The notes: a model not told the origin generated them from the sequence alone. A stretch of DNA of 64,000 nucleotides from a virus (IMGVR_UViG_3300032030_000024:32001-96000), one strand, 5' to 3'. Counted from the first letter of the stretch, positions 24,599 to 34,842 are shown. A program made the numbers and translations.

Positions 24599-25428
24599 CC
24601 CTTTATCACATTCTTAATATCACCGACAATCTCTCCACCGTAGTATGCCTTGTAGGGAACAACCTCCATACGCTTCTCCGTCAGTGACTCAAGCTTGCTC
24701 GCCGTGTAGAGCCTCCCAGGGTCATTGGCACTCATGCGCTTGGCAGACATGAAGGCAAGACCCCTGTCAAGACCTCGCTCCACACAGGTCATCGTACTGC
24801 TTCCGTCGGGTTGGTCGGAACGCATCACCGCCCATTCCTCACGGTCGTCAAGCACAACGTCGCACTCTGCAACATCACGGTACACACGCCATATCCTGTC
24901 CTCACGGTCTATCTCTATCAGAGGCTCCGTGTCACGCGGCGCTTCCTGCCTGTCACCGAGGCTCCACCGTATAGGCAGCTGTGCCCAGCGGAAGAACTGC
25001 TCGTAAAGGTCGGCAGACTCATTATCCATTTCCCTTGCGCCGTCAGCGGTCTGATAGCTCTCCCAGAACTTGAACCAACGGTCGCAGGCTTTCTGATACT
25101 CAGCGCAAGCCCGCTTCAGCTCGTGCTTGTTCATGCCGCAGGCATCAAAAAGGACTGCAGCCTGCTCGTAGACAAGCTGGGAAACAGTGGTCAGGGCATG
25201 CATGGCACAAAGGAGGTTGCTGACACGGGTGATGACCCCCTGCTTCTCAGCATCGTCATAGCTGAGACCCTTCACCCCCAAGCCCTTCAAGCGCCCAAGG
25301 ACGGCTTCCTTGTCAATAGCCCTGTGTATAGGTACAACAATCTCGTTCTTCATCGCATCAATACCATTGGAAAGTGTATGTATCAACGGTGGGATACTTG
25401 TCACACCCAACGCACTCCTCGCGTTCAT
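24595..25428 (-). CDS. Hypothetical protein
   Basis: 277-aa co-directional ORF. Confidence 0.55.
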   Translation of the reverse strand: MNARSALGVTSIPPLIHTLSNGIDAMKNEIVVPIHRAIDKEAVLGRLKGLGVKGLSYDDAEKQGVITRVSNLLCAMHALTTVSQLVYEQAAVLFDACGMNKHELKRACAEYQKACDRWFKFWESYQTADGAREMDNESADLYEQFFRWAQLPIRWSLGDRQEAPRDTEPLIEIDREDRIWRVYRDVAECDVVLDDREEWAVMRSDQPDGSSTMTCVERGLDRGLAFMSAKRMSANDPGRLYTASKLESLTEKRMEVVPYKAYYGGEIVGDIKNVIKG

Positions 25429-25447
25429 ATCTGTCCTCTCTCATGGC

Positions 25448-25786
25448 CTACTTGAATTTAGTGAGCTTGCTTATTCCCATAGCTTCCTCGAAATAAACGT
25501 CAAGACCGATGGCGGTAGCCACGTCAAACTCCACCTTGCAGCCCTTGCTGTGAACGAACCTGCTCATCATGTAGATAGCATCGCACGACAGCAGCAGCTC
25601 AATGTCACGCTTCATGTGGGCGTGGGTGCCTGCGTCAACAGGCAGGCCGTTCTCCATAGGACTGACAACCTCCCATCCCAAACCCTCCAGCTCTTCCTTC
25701 TTCTTGCGGAAGGTCTCGCGCCTCTCCTCGATGTCGTAACCGCTTATGGGCGCACTCAAGTAAATCTTCTTGGAATAATTCTCCAT
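25448..25786 (-). CDS. DUF4406-family (nucleoside deoxyribosyltransferase-like) protein
   Basis: KIYLS.PISG, V.SP, HM..DI.LL..CDAIY, S.GC..E...A. Confidence 0.75.
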   Translation of the reverse strand: MENYSKKIYLSAPISGYDIEERRETFRKKKEELEGLGWEVVSPMENGLPVDAGTHAHMKRDIELLLSCDAIYMMSRFVHSKGCKVEFDVATAIGLDVYFEEAMGISKLTKFK

Positions 25787-25917
25787 AATTGTTAATTTTG
25801 ATAGTTTTTTATTCTGTTTAGTTGTTATTTTATCAACTATTCTTCTGCTTTTTCAAAAACGCTGTTAAAATTTAACGTTCCCCGCTGCATGGTTGTGCAA
25901 ACGATTGCACAGCCCCT

Positions 25918-28176
25918 TTACGTTATTCTCACGTTAGTCAGCTGCCGTCCTTTGGAGAACACCGCCCATCGTTCCGTTCCCAGCTTTTCGAGTCCGATTT
26001 TTAGGTCTGCGACGGCTCCGAATCGTCGGTAGTTGCCAGCGAGGTCTATGACCCAAGCGTCTTTTTTGTCCTTGTGGGGACGTATTGCCCGGCCACAATT
26101 TCCCGTAATAAGAATTTTCCCGTTTCGTCTTGTTACGATTGTCCCTATTTCGTTTCGCACGCACCATATTTCTTCTCCTTGACTCTCCTCTATGATTGGC
26201 TTGGCTCGATGATACCCTTTCTTTGAAATGCTGATACTTCCATCCTTAACGTTATACCCAGCGATAGAAGCATGTTTCATTTTTTTTAAATAGAGCGTGT
26301 AAGCCTCGTTTCCATAATTGTTGACATAAGTGGTTATTTTTGCCCTATAACCTCGTCTTAATGCGAGACTTTGAAGTCTGTCACAGTAGTTTTTGTGAAT
26401 GCCTCCGCAAATACACAATGTATCTTTCTTGTAGCCTATAGGGTTAGAATGATCACCATCTGCCATATAGATGGTTTCGAGAAACACGTCAAACTGATGT
26501 TCGTTGAATTGCTCATACATCTCTGACCATGTCTTACAGCCGAGAATATACCCGTCATATTTATTCCAACCACGCAATCCTTTCGCCTTATCAATATTCT
26601 TGCGAGGGTCTCCATGCGAAATCATAAAACGTACTGTTCCCGCAAATTTTGCTGCCTCCCCTTTTCTTTGCTGGTAACATTTACCGTAGCGTAGTCCACA
26701 AACTTTTATAACCCTTTCAATTTCTTTTATATATTGTTGATTTTTAAGTGACTGAACAATATGTACGCATTTAGTATTTTTGTTAACTGAACCGTCAGAA
26801 ATACACCATCCAAGAAAGCGTATCTCGTCATCAGTAAGGTTAACTCCATCCATCTTTTCAATCCCACTTACGGGAACTTCATAGAATCCCCTCCTGTTGA
26901 AGATTTTGAGTGCTTCCTCTTTTTTGTACTCTAAAGCCCCTTTCGCCTTAACCAGTAGTTCATGCTCGCCTGTTACTTTGAAATCAAGATGCTGGTTTTT
27001 AAAGGATACAAACAGCTCTCCATCATAAGTTTTTCTATGAACCATCTGCTGGATGGGAACAAATAAAATTTCCCCGTTTCTGTATGCGGCTACGAGGTCA
27101 TCTTGCTTTATGCTTTCGTAGTCCATAAAGCCGCGTTTTGTAAGTATTTCTGTTTTCATATCTAAACACATTTGGTAATACAAAGCGAGTGACTTTGTCG
27201 GTCTTGCGAGGATTACGGTGTCAAGTTCTGGGTAGTCGAATCCTGTGGAAAGGCATGCTGCGTTTGTGACCACCTGTATTCTGCCTTCTTTGAAGTCGTT
27301 AATAATCTTTTCCCGTTCTTTCTTCGGTGTCTCGCCTGTGACGATAGCCGCCTTTACGCCTTGCTGGAGCAGTACGTTTCGGAGGTGTTCGCTTTCTTTA
27401 ACGAATCGTGTGAACACGAGGATTCCCTTGCGCGGTATGCCGCTTTTTGGGTTCAGGGCGCGTAGTGTGGTGTAGGCGAGCTTGTCGTAGAATCCGCTGC
27501 GTTCGTACTCGGCTACGAGTGATTTGTCGTCGTAGTCGCTTCCTGTGGAGTTGCTTCGGACGTTTTGCAGGTCTATTGTGGTGAGGTCGTGGTACTTCAG
27601 CTCTGCGAGGTAGCCTTTGGAAAGGAGGTCTGTTATCTGGCAGTAGTATAGAACCTTGTCGAAGATGCGGGGTCTTGTGCGTGTTATGAACTCAAGGACG
27701 GAAGAGCCGTTGGATGCTTGTGTCAGGCGATAAGGCGTGGCTGTCAGCCCTATTACCCTGCGGTCTTTCCTGCGATGGATAAAACGCTCGTACATCCCGC
27801 CTTTTGCTTCCACTCCGTGTGCCTCGTCCACGATAATGTATTTGAAGAGGTCGAAATCTGCTGGGTGGTTGTTCACGCTGCCTATGGTGGCAAACGTGAC
27901 CATTGATATTTTCTTTTGCCCTACCGAAGCGGAATACATGGTGCTGATACCTTTCTCCACCTTCTCCATCTTGTCGTGGTTTTGTTGTAAGATTTCACGG
28001 CTGGGACAGAAGATAAGGATTGGTGCTCCGAGCCTGTGGGCTATGTCGGCTATCAAGACAGACTTTCCGCTGCCAGTGGGCATGATAATGAGACCGTTAC
28101 CATCTGTAGTGCTTTGCAGGAATGTCACGGCAGCGTCCGATGCTGCTTTTTGGTATTCACGCAGTACAATAGCCAT
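25918..28176 (-). CDS. SF2 DEAD/DEAH helicase (RadD/YejH-like) containing an intein
   Basis: LREYQ, MPTGSGKS, DEAH, GLTATP, TGFDYP, QM-[intein]-CGRAIR. Confidence 0.9.
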   Translation of the reverse strand: MAIVLREYQKAASDAAVTFLQSTTDGNGLIIMPTGSGKSVLIADIAHRLGAPILIFCPSREILQQNHDKMEKVEKGISTMYSASVGQKKISMVTFATIGSVNNHPADFDLFKYIIVDEAHGVEAKGGMYERFIHRRKDRRVIGLTATPYRLTQASNGSSVLEFITRTRPRIFDKVLYYCQITDLLSKGYLAELKYHDLTTIDLQNVRSNSTGSDYDDKSLVAEYERSGFYDKLAYTTLRALNPKSGIPRKGILVFTRFVKESEHLRNVLLQQGVKAAIVTGETPKKEREKIINDFKEGRIQVVTNAACLSTGFDYPELDTVILARPTKSLALYYQMCLDMKTEILTKRGFMDYESIKQDDLVAAYRNGEILFVPIQQMVHRKTYDGELFVSFKNQHLDFKVTGEHELLVKAKGALEYKKEEALKIFNRRGFYEVPVSGIEKMDGVNLTDDEIRFLGWCISDGSVNKNTKCVHIVQSLKNQQYIKEIERVIKVCGLRYGKCYQQRKGEAAKFAGTVRFMISHGDPRKNIDKAKGLRGWNKYDGYILGCKTWSEMYEQFNEHQFDVFLETIYMADGDHSNPIGYKKDTLCICGGIHKNYCDRLQSLALRRGYRAKITTYVNNYGNEAYTLYLKKMKHASIAGYNVKDGSISISKKGYHRAKPIIEESQGEEIWCVRNEIGTIVTRRNGKILITGNCGRAIRPHKDKKDAWVIDLAGNYRRFGAVADLKIGLEKLGTERWAVFSKGRQLTNVRIT
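26098..27168 (-). mobile_element. 357-aa intein with a LAGLIDADG homing endonuclease
   Basis: Starts CLDMKTEILT, ends ILITGN before a +1 Cys; FLGWCISDGS and IYMADGD motifs; more AT-rich than the exteins. Confidence 0.88.
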
Positions 28177-28177
28177 A

Positions 28178-28870
28178 TCACCAAGCAGTCATGTTTTTTA
28201 TCTGTTTTCGGCAATGAGCGCAAAGCTGTTCGTTGGTTGGTACGGCTTCGCGCTTTGCATCGAACTCCTGTCGCTGCAATCCCGTTGCCATGTCGTAGGT
28301 GATGAATGTCTTGGCGATAAAGGCATCATCCTTGCGTTCCCCGAGAAGTACTCCGTCGTTGATGCTTAGGCAGATGTTGTCGTGCCCGTTGTAGCGGACG
28401 GAGCGCCCGACGAACTGACTGCCTTCCGTTTCCTCCCCGTAGCCGTTGTTGGTGAAGTACTGCTTCATCAGCTCTATGCCCGTCTTGTACGTGTTGATGC
28501 GTTCTCTGTACCGTTTCCACATGTGGGCGGTAAACACCATCCTGTCCATGAAGTGCATCCAGTTCAGCTTCTGCGTGTATGCGGTAAGGCCAGCAGGTGT
28601 GTGCTGCAATGCGAGTATGCACATGCCGTTCTGCTTCAGGTACTTCCTGCCGTATGCAGCAGCCATGACAAGGTAGCTGTTCTTGCGCGGTGACGTGTAC
28701 TGCCACCACACGGTCATGGGGAAACGCGCACATTTCAGTGCCCGCTTCTTCATGTCCTCGCGCTTGTGCACCCACCACCCTGAGACGTTGTCCCTGTCGG
28801 CTTCAAGCTCCCGGAACACCTCTGCGGTTGTCATCGTGTCTACTATCATGGTCTTGGCATTTGTTTCCAC
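28178..28870 (-). CDS. Hypothetical protein
   Basis: 230-aa ORF; H-x-x-x-RY-x-ER motif. Confidence 0.55.
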   Translation of the reverse strand: METNAKTMIVDTMTTAEVFRELEADRDNVSGWWVHKREDMKKRALKCARFPMTVWWQYTSPRKNSYLVMAAAYGRKYLKQNGMCILALQHTPAGLTAYTQKLNWMHFMDRMVFTAHMWKRYRERINTYKTGIELMKQYFTNNGYGEETEGSQFVGRSVRYNGHDNICLSINDGVLLGERKDDAFIAKTFITYDMATGLQRQEFDAKREAVPTNEQLCAHCRKQIKNMTAW

Positions 28871-29583
28871 TCCCTGCCGTCGAGCAGTGAGCCGTTCTTA
28901 TACTTAGACCGCTTCACTCCGTCCTCGCCCCATGCGCCCCATTGCTTGAAGAAGAAATCAACGAAGTTGCGCTGGCAGGCATCACGGAGGGTACGGAACC
29001 ACTCTACGGGCGTTCTGCGGGCATTTGTGCCGCTTTCACCACCTGTTATAACCCAATCAATGCCACGGAGGTTTATGCCCCACAAATCGCCCAGCAATGG
29101 CTCACAGCTCAAGAATCGCACCTTCGCGCCATTTATGTTTCTGAGGTGGTTGATGCGGTCGAAATGCTTGTCACTCTCGCACGTCACACCGAGCCAGACA
29201 TTCGTCGGAACACCGCGTAGCGGGTTGAAGTATTCAGCCATGCGTTCAGCCCGTTTAGTCAGTATCTGATAGGTATGCTGTGGCGTGTTGCGTATCACGT
29301 CCATTACCTTGTCGATATATTCAAAGGGCACGTCCTCGTGGAAAAGGTCGCCCATAGAACACACGAACACCATGCGGGGCTTCTTCCACTTATACGGCTC
29401 GTTAATGCACTCTGGGTGAAGCGTTACCTTGAAACCGTTCTTGTACTTTTCCTTGCTTGCTGGCATGGCCTGTAGCCGCTTCGCCATTACCTCGGCGTAG
29501 CAGTTGCGACAGGCTTCGCTGACCTTAGAACAGCCCGATATAGGATTCCATACAGATTCAGTCCATTCGATTTTTGTTGCCAT
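28846..29583 (-). CDS. Phage Gp37/Gp68 (DUF5131) family protein
   Basis: TKIEWT..VWNP..GC.KVS..C.NCYA, FVCSMGDLFH, QILTKR, RFLSCEPLL, WVITGGESG, FFFKQWG. Confidence 0.85.
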   Translation of the reverse strand: MATKIEWTESVWNPISGCSKVSEACRNCYAEVMAKRLQAMPASKEKYKNGFKVTLHPECINEPYKWKKPRMVFVCSMGDLFHEDVPFEYIDKVMDVIRNTPQHTYQILTKRAERMAEYFNPLRGVPTNVWLGVTCESDKHFDRINHLRNINGAKVRFLSCEPLLGDLWGINLRGIDWVITGGESGTNARRTPVEWFRTLRDACQRNFVDFFFKQWGAWGEDGVKRSKYKNGSLLDGREWKQMPRP

Positions 29584-29732
29584 ATTGATATGCGTAATAT
29601 TTTGATGCAAAGGTACAAAAAATATCCCAAAAATTTAATAAACAAATATAATTCTGTGCTAAACATTCTTAATATGCGCATACAAGCGCATATTAGAACA
29701 CCATTTTTACATTTTACTTATTATTTAAAGGG

Positions 29733-30026
29733 TTAAAATATTGATGTTAACTTGTTATTTTCGGCATCATGCCCAGTTAGATAGCACCACTCAAACTCAT
29801 TGAATGGGAAATACTCATTGTGTGTCATCTTCCCAATAGGATTACCATTATATACAAATCCATATCTAAATGCAGGATCAGTCTCACTCATATACCACAT
29901 CAGGATAAAATAGCCCATTCTCAATGAAATTCTACTCTTGGCTCTAACCAGTACTTCAGCAGCCTCACACTGTGGTAACTCTTCAGGATAATGATACCAC
30001 TTGATTTCTTTTGTTTCAGTTCTCAT
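29733..30026 (-). CDS. Hypothetical protein
   Basis: AT-rich co-directional ORF. Confidence 0.5.
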   Translation of the reverse strand: MRTETKEIKWYHYPEELPQCEAAEVLVRAKSRISLRMGYFILMWYMSETDPAFRYGFVYNGNPIGKMTHNEYFPFNEFEWCYLTGHDAENNKLTSIF

Positions 30027-30038
30027 AATTCTTATTGT

Positions 30039-30281
30039 TTAAAGGGTTAGTCTTTTATCTGCGGGAAGCGAATGGTAGTAGGCATAGTCCGTACATTGAT
30101 GGACGTACTCAAGAATCATCGTCTGTTTTTCTGTAGGACTTTCGGCTTTAGCCGCCTCTGCCCATTCCTTTCGCATCTGCCAGTACTCGTCAGACCGCTT
30201 GCGACCTAACAGGTGGTTGCCCGTCTCGTTGTCGTATGCTACTTGTAACAGCAGCTCTCTTTCTTTTTTGGTTAGTTCCAT
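30039..30281 (-). CDS. Hypothetical protein
   Basis: Tightly packed ORF. Confidence 0.5.
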   Translation of the reverse strand: MELTKKERELLLQVAYDNETGNHLLGRKRSDEYWQMRKEWAEAAKAESPTEKQTMILEYVHQCTDYAYYHSLPADKRLTL

Positions 30282-30285
30282 ATTT

Positions 30286-30720
30286 CTATAAGATTTTATC
30301 TAATGCGTATTCGATAGCTTTCTCGCATGCTTCCTCGTAAGTGTCGCAGTGCTCGTCAAGGCCGTTATTGAGATAACTGGTCAGTATCTGGTACTTGCAA
30401 TGGGGCAGCGGCTTGATGAACGGCACCCAATGGTAGTATGGCTTTGGATTCCGCTTTATTCCATCGCAGAAGCACTTGTACTCGGCATGGATGTGGAGCA
30501 AGCGCTCTTCGCGTAGCCAGCTTACTATGCTATATAATGGTATTCGCATTGGATTTACATAAACAATACCGTCATAGCCTTTTCGTAAAACCATGTCGGT
30601 AAGCTTTTCTCCTGCACAACGGGTGTACTTGTCATTGCGCACGTCCCTTACAAGGATTGTTTCAAAACGGCTTACGATGCAATCGTTTTCGTCTATTTCC
30701 AAACAAATTTTCTGTCTCAT
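30286..30720 (-). CDS. Hypothetical protein
   Basis: WLRE...LHI and TYEEA.E.AI.YAL pattern common in Bacteroidales phages. Confidence 0.55.
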   Translation of the reverse strand: MRQKICLEIDENDCIVSRFETILVRDVRNDKYTRCAGEKLTDMVLRKGYDGIVYVNPMRIPLYSIVSWLREERLLHIHAEYKCFCDGIKRNPKPYYHWVPFIKPLPHCKYQILTSYLNNGLDEHCDTYEEACEKAIEYALDKIL

Positions 30721-31055
30721 ACACTTTCATTGCTTAATTTGATTACAAAATACTCTACTCCAGGCTCTGCGCCCCATTCGGGCTTCCCTGTACCAATCAT
30801 AATTTCCTTAATCTTCTTCACCATGTGACTGTCGGCATCATCCTGCCTTGGATAGCCGAGGGTGAAGTGAGCGTGAGTGTAGCCTTTCACGTTGCAAGAC
30901 TGATAGTTGTTTCTGTACGAGAAAAGAGCATATTCAATTCCGAGCAGCCTCTTGCACCAATACGGCGTAATATTGCGGTATTCTTCGGGCTTCTCACCGC
31001 TGCGAATCATATCATACCATTTCCGCTTTAATGGCAGGTGCAGTTCTTTATTCAT
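30717..31055 (-). CDS. ASCH-domain protein
   Basis: LHLPLKRKWYDMIRSGEKPEEYR...YW..RL. Confidence 0.7.
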   Translation of the reverse strand: MNKELHLPLKRKWYDMIRSGEKPEEYRNITPYWCKRLLGIEYALFSYRNNYQSCNVKGYTHAHFTLGYPRQDDADSHMVKKIKEIMIGTGKPEWGAEPGVEYFVIKLSNESV

Positions 31056-31058
31056 ACG

Positions 31059-31253
31059 CTAATCCTCCTCAACAATTAGTTTCTTTGGGCTATTCTCATA
31101 TTTCACTTCTGGATATAAATCTGAGGGGATATGCTTCAAAAAGCTTTCTTCGTCTTTCTCGTCAATAAACTCACCTGTTCCATGTACTTTCACAGGCTTG
31201 TTTTTATAGAGATACAAACTACCGTTATCGTCTCTTGCAATCCAAATGTTCAT
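31059..31253 (-). CDS. Hypothetical protein (MNIWIARDDNGSLYLY..KP)
   Basis: WIARD..G.L.LY..KP motif; internal ATG. Confidence 0.5.
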   Translation of the reverse strand: MNIWIARDDNGSLYLYKNKPVKVHGTGEFIDEKDEESFLKHIPSDLYPEVKYENSPKKLIVEED

Positions 31254-31255
31254 AT

Positions 31256-31552
31256 TCAGCCCTCCTTTTGAAAAATATGTCTTACAAAATCTACGACCTT
31301 CTTTTCCACCTGTTGCATGGTTATCAGTTCGCCCAGCTCTTCCTTTGTGGCGAGAGCGAAGCAATGCAACTGTTCGTTGTATTCTCGCATAAGGCTCTCT
31401 ACCGTGTCACAGCCAGCAATGCGGATCGTCGCACCGTTCCATCTGAGGAACACGTCCTCGCGCATCTCTCTTGCCTTTGCGATAAGCTCTGGAAGAACAA
31501 GGTCTATGCTCTTGTCGCCAACTTGTCCTTCAAATAATACTCTCTGTCTCAT
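31256..31552 (-). CDS. Hypothetical protein
   Basis: Co-directional ORF. Confidence 0.5.
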   Translation of the reverse strand: MRQRVLFEGQVGDKSIDLVLPELIAKAREMREDVFLRWNGATIRIAGCDTVESLMREYNEQLHCFALATKEELGELITMQQVEKKVVDFVRHIFQKEG

Positions 31553-31827
31553 ACGCTTTTTTGTGTTACAATAACTTTGTCCCCACCTTCCAAAGGTGAC
31601 AGGCCATTCTCTTTTCGCAATTCATTGACCGTCCTGTCCTTTGAGCAATACCAAGCAAAGAAAGCAAGGCCGAGCATTCCGCTTAATCCTCTAAACGCCT
31701 TGAACGGCTCGCTTTTTTCGCTCATAGTTCTTTATTGTCTGTTTCTTTTACGAACCTGTCAACGCTCTCAGCATCATACGATAGCACTAAGCCTACTGGA
31801 TAAATTTCATTCTCGTAGTATTTCATA

Positions 31828-33087
31828 TCATTTTGCGTTTAGCCTTTCCTTCAACCTTGTGTTTCTCTTCGTCACCGTCTGGTTCTTCACCGCCATAGCA
31901 AGAGCCTTCTTGCAACCGATGATAATACACAGCTTCTTTGCCCGCGTAATACCCGTATAGACGAGGTTCCGCTGAAGCATGATGAAGTGGGGCATCATCA
32001 GCGGCATGACAACCACAGGGTACTCGCTGCCCTGCGACTTGTGGATGGTGCAGGCGTAGGAGAGGGTCAGCTCGCCAAGCTCGTTCTTCTCGTATTCCAC
32101 AAGCCCCGTGTCGAAGCGCACCGTGAGCGTGTTCTCCTCGGTGTCGACGCTCTCCACCGTGCCGATGTCACCGTTGAAAACACCCTTATCGTAGTTGTTC
32201 CGTATCTGCATCACCTTGTCGTCCTTGCGGTACTTGTTCGCCCCGCTCTGTAGGCAGTCACCCACGGGGTTGATGGCCTCCTGCAAGGCTGCGTTAAGGC
32301 TTATAGAGCCTACTACGCTCTTCCGCATGGGAACGAGCACCTGAATGTCACCGATGCCGTAGCCGTAAGCCTTGGGGATGCGGTTCTTCACGATGTTCAC
32401 TATCTCCGCAGCGGCGTGTTCCGGGTCTTCGTCCTTGATGAAGAAGAAGTCACCTTCTTTGTCATTGCTCACGTCGGGGAACTCTCCACGGTTCACCTTG
32501 TGGGCGTTGGTGACGATACGGCTGGTGAGAGCCTGTCGGAAGATGCGGGTGAGCCTAACGACAGGCACTGCCCCGCTGTCGATGATGTCACGCAGGACGT
32601 TGCCTGCCCCCACGCTTGGCAGCTGGTCGATGTCACCCACAAGGATAAGCCGCATTTCGGCGGGAACGGCCTTCAGCAGCGAGTTCATCAGCAGAATGTC
32701 TATCATGCTCGACTCGTCCACTATCAGCACGTCACCGTCCAGCGGGTTCGCCTCGTTGCGCCCGAAGCCGCCCTTGGGGTTGAACTCCAGCAGGCGGTGG
32801 ATGGTCTTTGCCTCCTTCCCCGTGGCCTCGCTCATGCGTTTGGCGGCGCGTCCCGTCGGTGCGGCGCAGACGATTTGCAATTTGAACGATTCAAAAGCCG
32901 CAATAATACCGAGAAGCGTTGTAGTCTTACCTGTGCCGGGATTGCCCGTCAGCACCATCACCTTCGAGCGCAGAGCCTCCTTGATGGCGGCTACCTGTAC
33001 GTCGTCATACGTGATGCCCGTTTCCTCGGAAATCTTGCCGATGTCAAGCTGGTGCAAGGGAAGGGTGGTGGTTTGTTTGTTTGGCAT
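31828..33087 (-). CDS. recD2: RecD2-like SF1B helicase, C-terminal (motor) half
   Basis: LTGNPGTGKTT, AAPTGRAAKR, TIHRLL, IVDESSM, GDIDQLPSVG, IFRQA, YACTIHKSQGSE, YTGITRAK. Confidence 0.85.
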   Translation of the reverse strand: MPNKQTTTLPLHQLDIGKISEETGITYDDVQVAAIKEALRSKVMVLTGNPGTGKTTTLLGIIAAFESFKLQIVCAAPTGRAAKRMSEATGKEAKTIHRLLEFNPKGGFGRNEANPLDGDVLIVDESSMIDILLMNSLLKAVPAEMRLILVGDIDQLPSVGAGNVLRDIIDSGAVPVVRLTRIFRQALTSRIVTNAHKVNRGEFPDVSNDKEGDFFFIKDEDPEHAAAEIVNIVKNRIPKAYGYGIGDIQVLVPMRKSVVGSISLNAALQEAINPVGDCLQSGANKYRKDDKVMQIRNNYDKGVFNGDIGTVESVDTEENTLTVRFDTGLVEYEKNELGELTLSYACTIHKSQGSEYPVVVMPLMMPHFIMLQRNLVYTGITRAKKLCIIIGCKKALAMAVKNQTVTKRNTRLKERLNAK

Positions 33088-33107
33088 AGTCTGATTGATG
33101 TTGCGGT

Positions 33108-33560
33108 TTACTTCTTATTCTGAATCTGAATCAATGCCAGCTCCCTGTCAAGCAATTTCACCTCTTCGATGGTTTCAAGCTTGTGACTTGGATGCGAACA
33201 GAATGTCTCAATGGCCTTCTCGATCGTCTCAGCAGCCACAAGCCGCTTGTTCACCTTGTAGACGTAGCCAAGATAGTGAGACGCTTGCTCCTTCGGTTCT
33301 TCATTGACTCTTTGCGTTTCATCCTCAATAAATCCCATCTTTAGGCCAGTTCCAACAATATCGTGTTCGATGGCAGTCACACAGATGTCATTATCCTGTG
33401 TGTTGAGGATATACACGTTGTTGCCGTCCCAGAATCGGAACACCACGACCAAATCCTTCATGTAAGCCTTGTCCGGGAATCCCGGAGGCGTTACCGACAT
33501 TCCATCTTTGAAGTCAACAATGTCGCCGACCTCAAACTTATAACTTCCTTTTTCTTTCAT
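33108..33560 (-). CDS. Hypothetical protein inserted between the RecD2 halves
   Basis: KFEVGDIV N-terminus; unrelated to RecD2. Confidence 0.55.
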   Translation of the reverse strand: MKEKGSYKFEVGDIVDFKDGMSVTPPGFPDKAYMKDLVVVFRFWDGNNVYILNTQDNDICVTAIEHDIVGTGLKMGFIEDETQRVNEEPKEQASHYLGYVYKVNKRLVAAETIEKAIETFCSHPSHKLETIEEVKLLDRELALIQIQNKK

Positions 33561-33563
33561 AGT

Positions 33564-33935
33564 TCAGTTCTCCTTTTTTAGCTCTGCTTCTATTTTCGCT
33601 ATCTCTTTTTTCAGTCGTTCTACCTGTTCTTTTTTGGCTACCTCGGAAGGACACGAAACGATCCTAATCTCAAAGTTTTTCCCTTTGTTTCTCCACTCGA
33701 TTTTGTCATTCGTATGCTCCCACTGCATTCTCTCAATCACCTTCTTGGCAATCATCTTGTTTTCCTGTGGTGAGTCATAATGGTCAACGATGCGAACCCA
33801 GATGCCTATGTTGTCATACATTTTCTGAATGTATGTGTCAACGTAGCGTGTCGTGCGACCGCTATACCTTCTGCCGAGTTCTAAGACTTGCATCCTTAAC
33901 TCATGGGCTCTGTATTTTTTCTCAATCCTATCCAT
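33564..33935 (-). CDS. Hypothetical protein inserted between the RecD2 halves
   Basis: R-x-SGRTTR motif; unrelated to RecD2. Confidence 0.55.
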   Translation of the reverse strand: MDRIEKKYRAHELRMQVLELGRRYSGRTTRYVDTYIQKMYDNIGIWVRIVDHYDSPQENKMIAKKVIERMQWEHTNDKIEWRNKGKNFEIRIVSCPSEVAKKEQVERLKKEIAKIEAELKKEN

Positions 33936-33960
33936 TGCACTTTTATTTGGTTATAATACT

Positions 33961-34842
33961 TCATTCACTCCCCATCAGCGTTCTCAGCTTATTCGCCACC
34001 CCGCACTCCGCGTAGTAGTACATCGGGAGGTAGATAGCCTCACCGTCAATAATTAGGCTGTTGTCCGCAATCATGCCACGGAGGGCTTCACCGAGGGGCT
34101 GCCCGTCGGCCTGTAGCAGTTCCGTGGCCGCTTTCGTCAGCTGCCCGCTCTCAGCGAAGCAGTGGCCGTCGGTGGCCAGCAGGTTGAGGGTGTAGAGGAT
34201 GCCCGCCCGCAGCCTCCGTGGGTCGTTCTTGCCGTAGCCCAGCGTGGAAGCTATCGCGTCGGCCATCTTGAAGCCTATGCCGAAGATGTCGTCAGCGAGG
34301 CAATAGGGGTTCTCCTTCACCTTTTGAATGCTGTCCTTCCCGTACTCCTTGTATATCTTCACCGCGTATGCCGGGCTGACCCCGTGGCCTTGCAGGAACA
34401 CCATCACGTCCTTCACGCCCCGCTGCTTCTGCCACGAAGCCTTTATCTTTTCTATGCGCTTCTTGCCGATGCCCTCCACATCCGCGAGCCTTTCAGGGTG
34501 CTTCTCTATCACGTCGAAGGTCTGTAGACCGAAGTGCGCTACAATGTTTCTTGCATGCGTCCTGCCGATGCCCTGTATAAGTCCGCTGCCGAGGTACTTC
34601 TCCATGCCGAGCAGCGTTGCGGGAAGCTCCTCGTGCCACGACACAGCCGCGAACTGCCGCCCGTACTTCTTGTCGTTGCGCCAGTCGCCATCGATGACGA
34701 GGGTGCTGCCCACGCCCACCTCCACGAACGTCCCCACGACCGTCTGCCAGCCCATATCTTCAACGTCTACCTGTAGGACGGAATAACCGTTGTCGGGGTT
34801 GGAGAATACTATTTGTTGCACTACGGCTTTTATTGTTTCCAT
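33961..34842 (-). CDS. recD2: RecD2-like helicase, N-terminal half (OB plus HhH domains)
   Basis: F.NPDNGYSVL, YG.QF, YLGSGLI.GIG, V.GIGKK, ENPY.L..DI.GIGFK.AD; ends IYLP.YYYAE.GVA.KL. Confidence 0.85.
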   Translation of the reverse strand: METIKAVVQQIVFSNPDNGYSVLQVDVEDMGWQTVVGTFVEVGVGSTLVIDGDWRNDKKYGRQFAAVSWHEELPATLLGMEKYLGSGLIQGIGRTHARNIVAHFGLQTFDVIEKHPERLADVEGIGKKRIEKIKASWQKQRGVKDVMVFLQGHGVSPAYAVKIYKEYGKDSIQKVKENPYCLADDIFGIGFKMADAIASTLGYGKNDPRRLRAGILYTLNLLATDGHCFAESGQLTKAATELLQADGQPLGEALRGMIADNSLIIDGEAIYLPMYYYAECGVANKLRTLMGSE

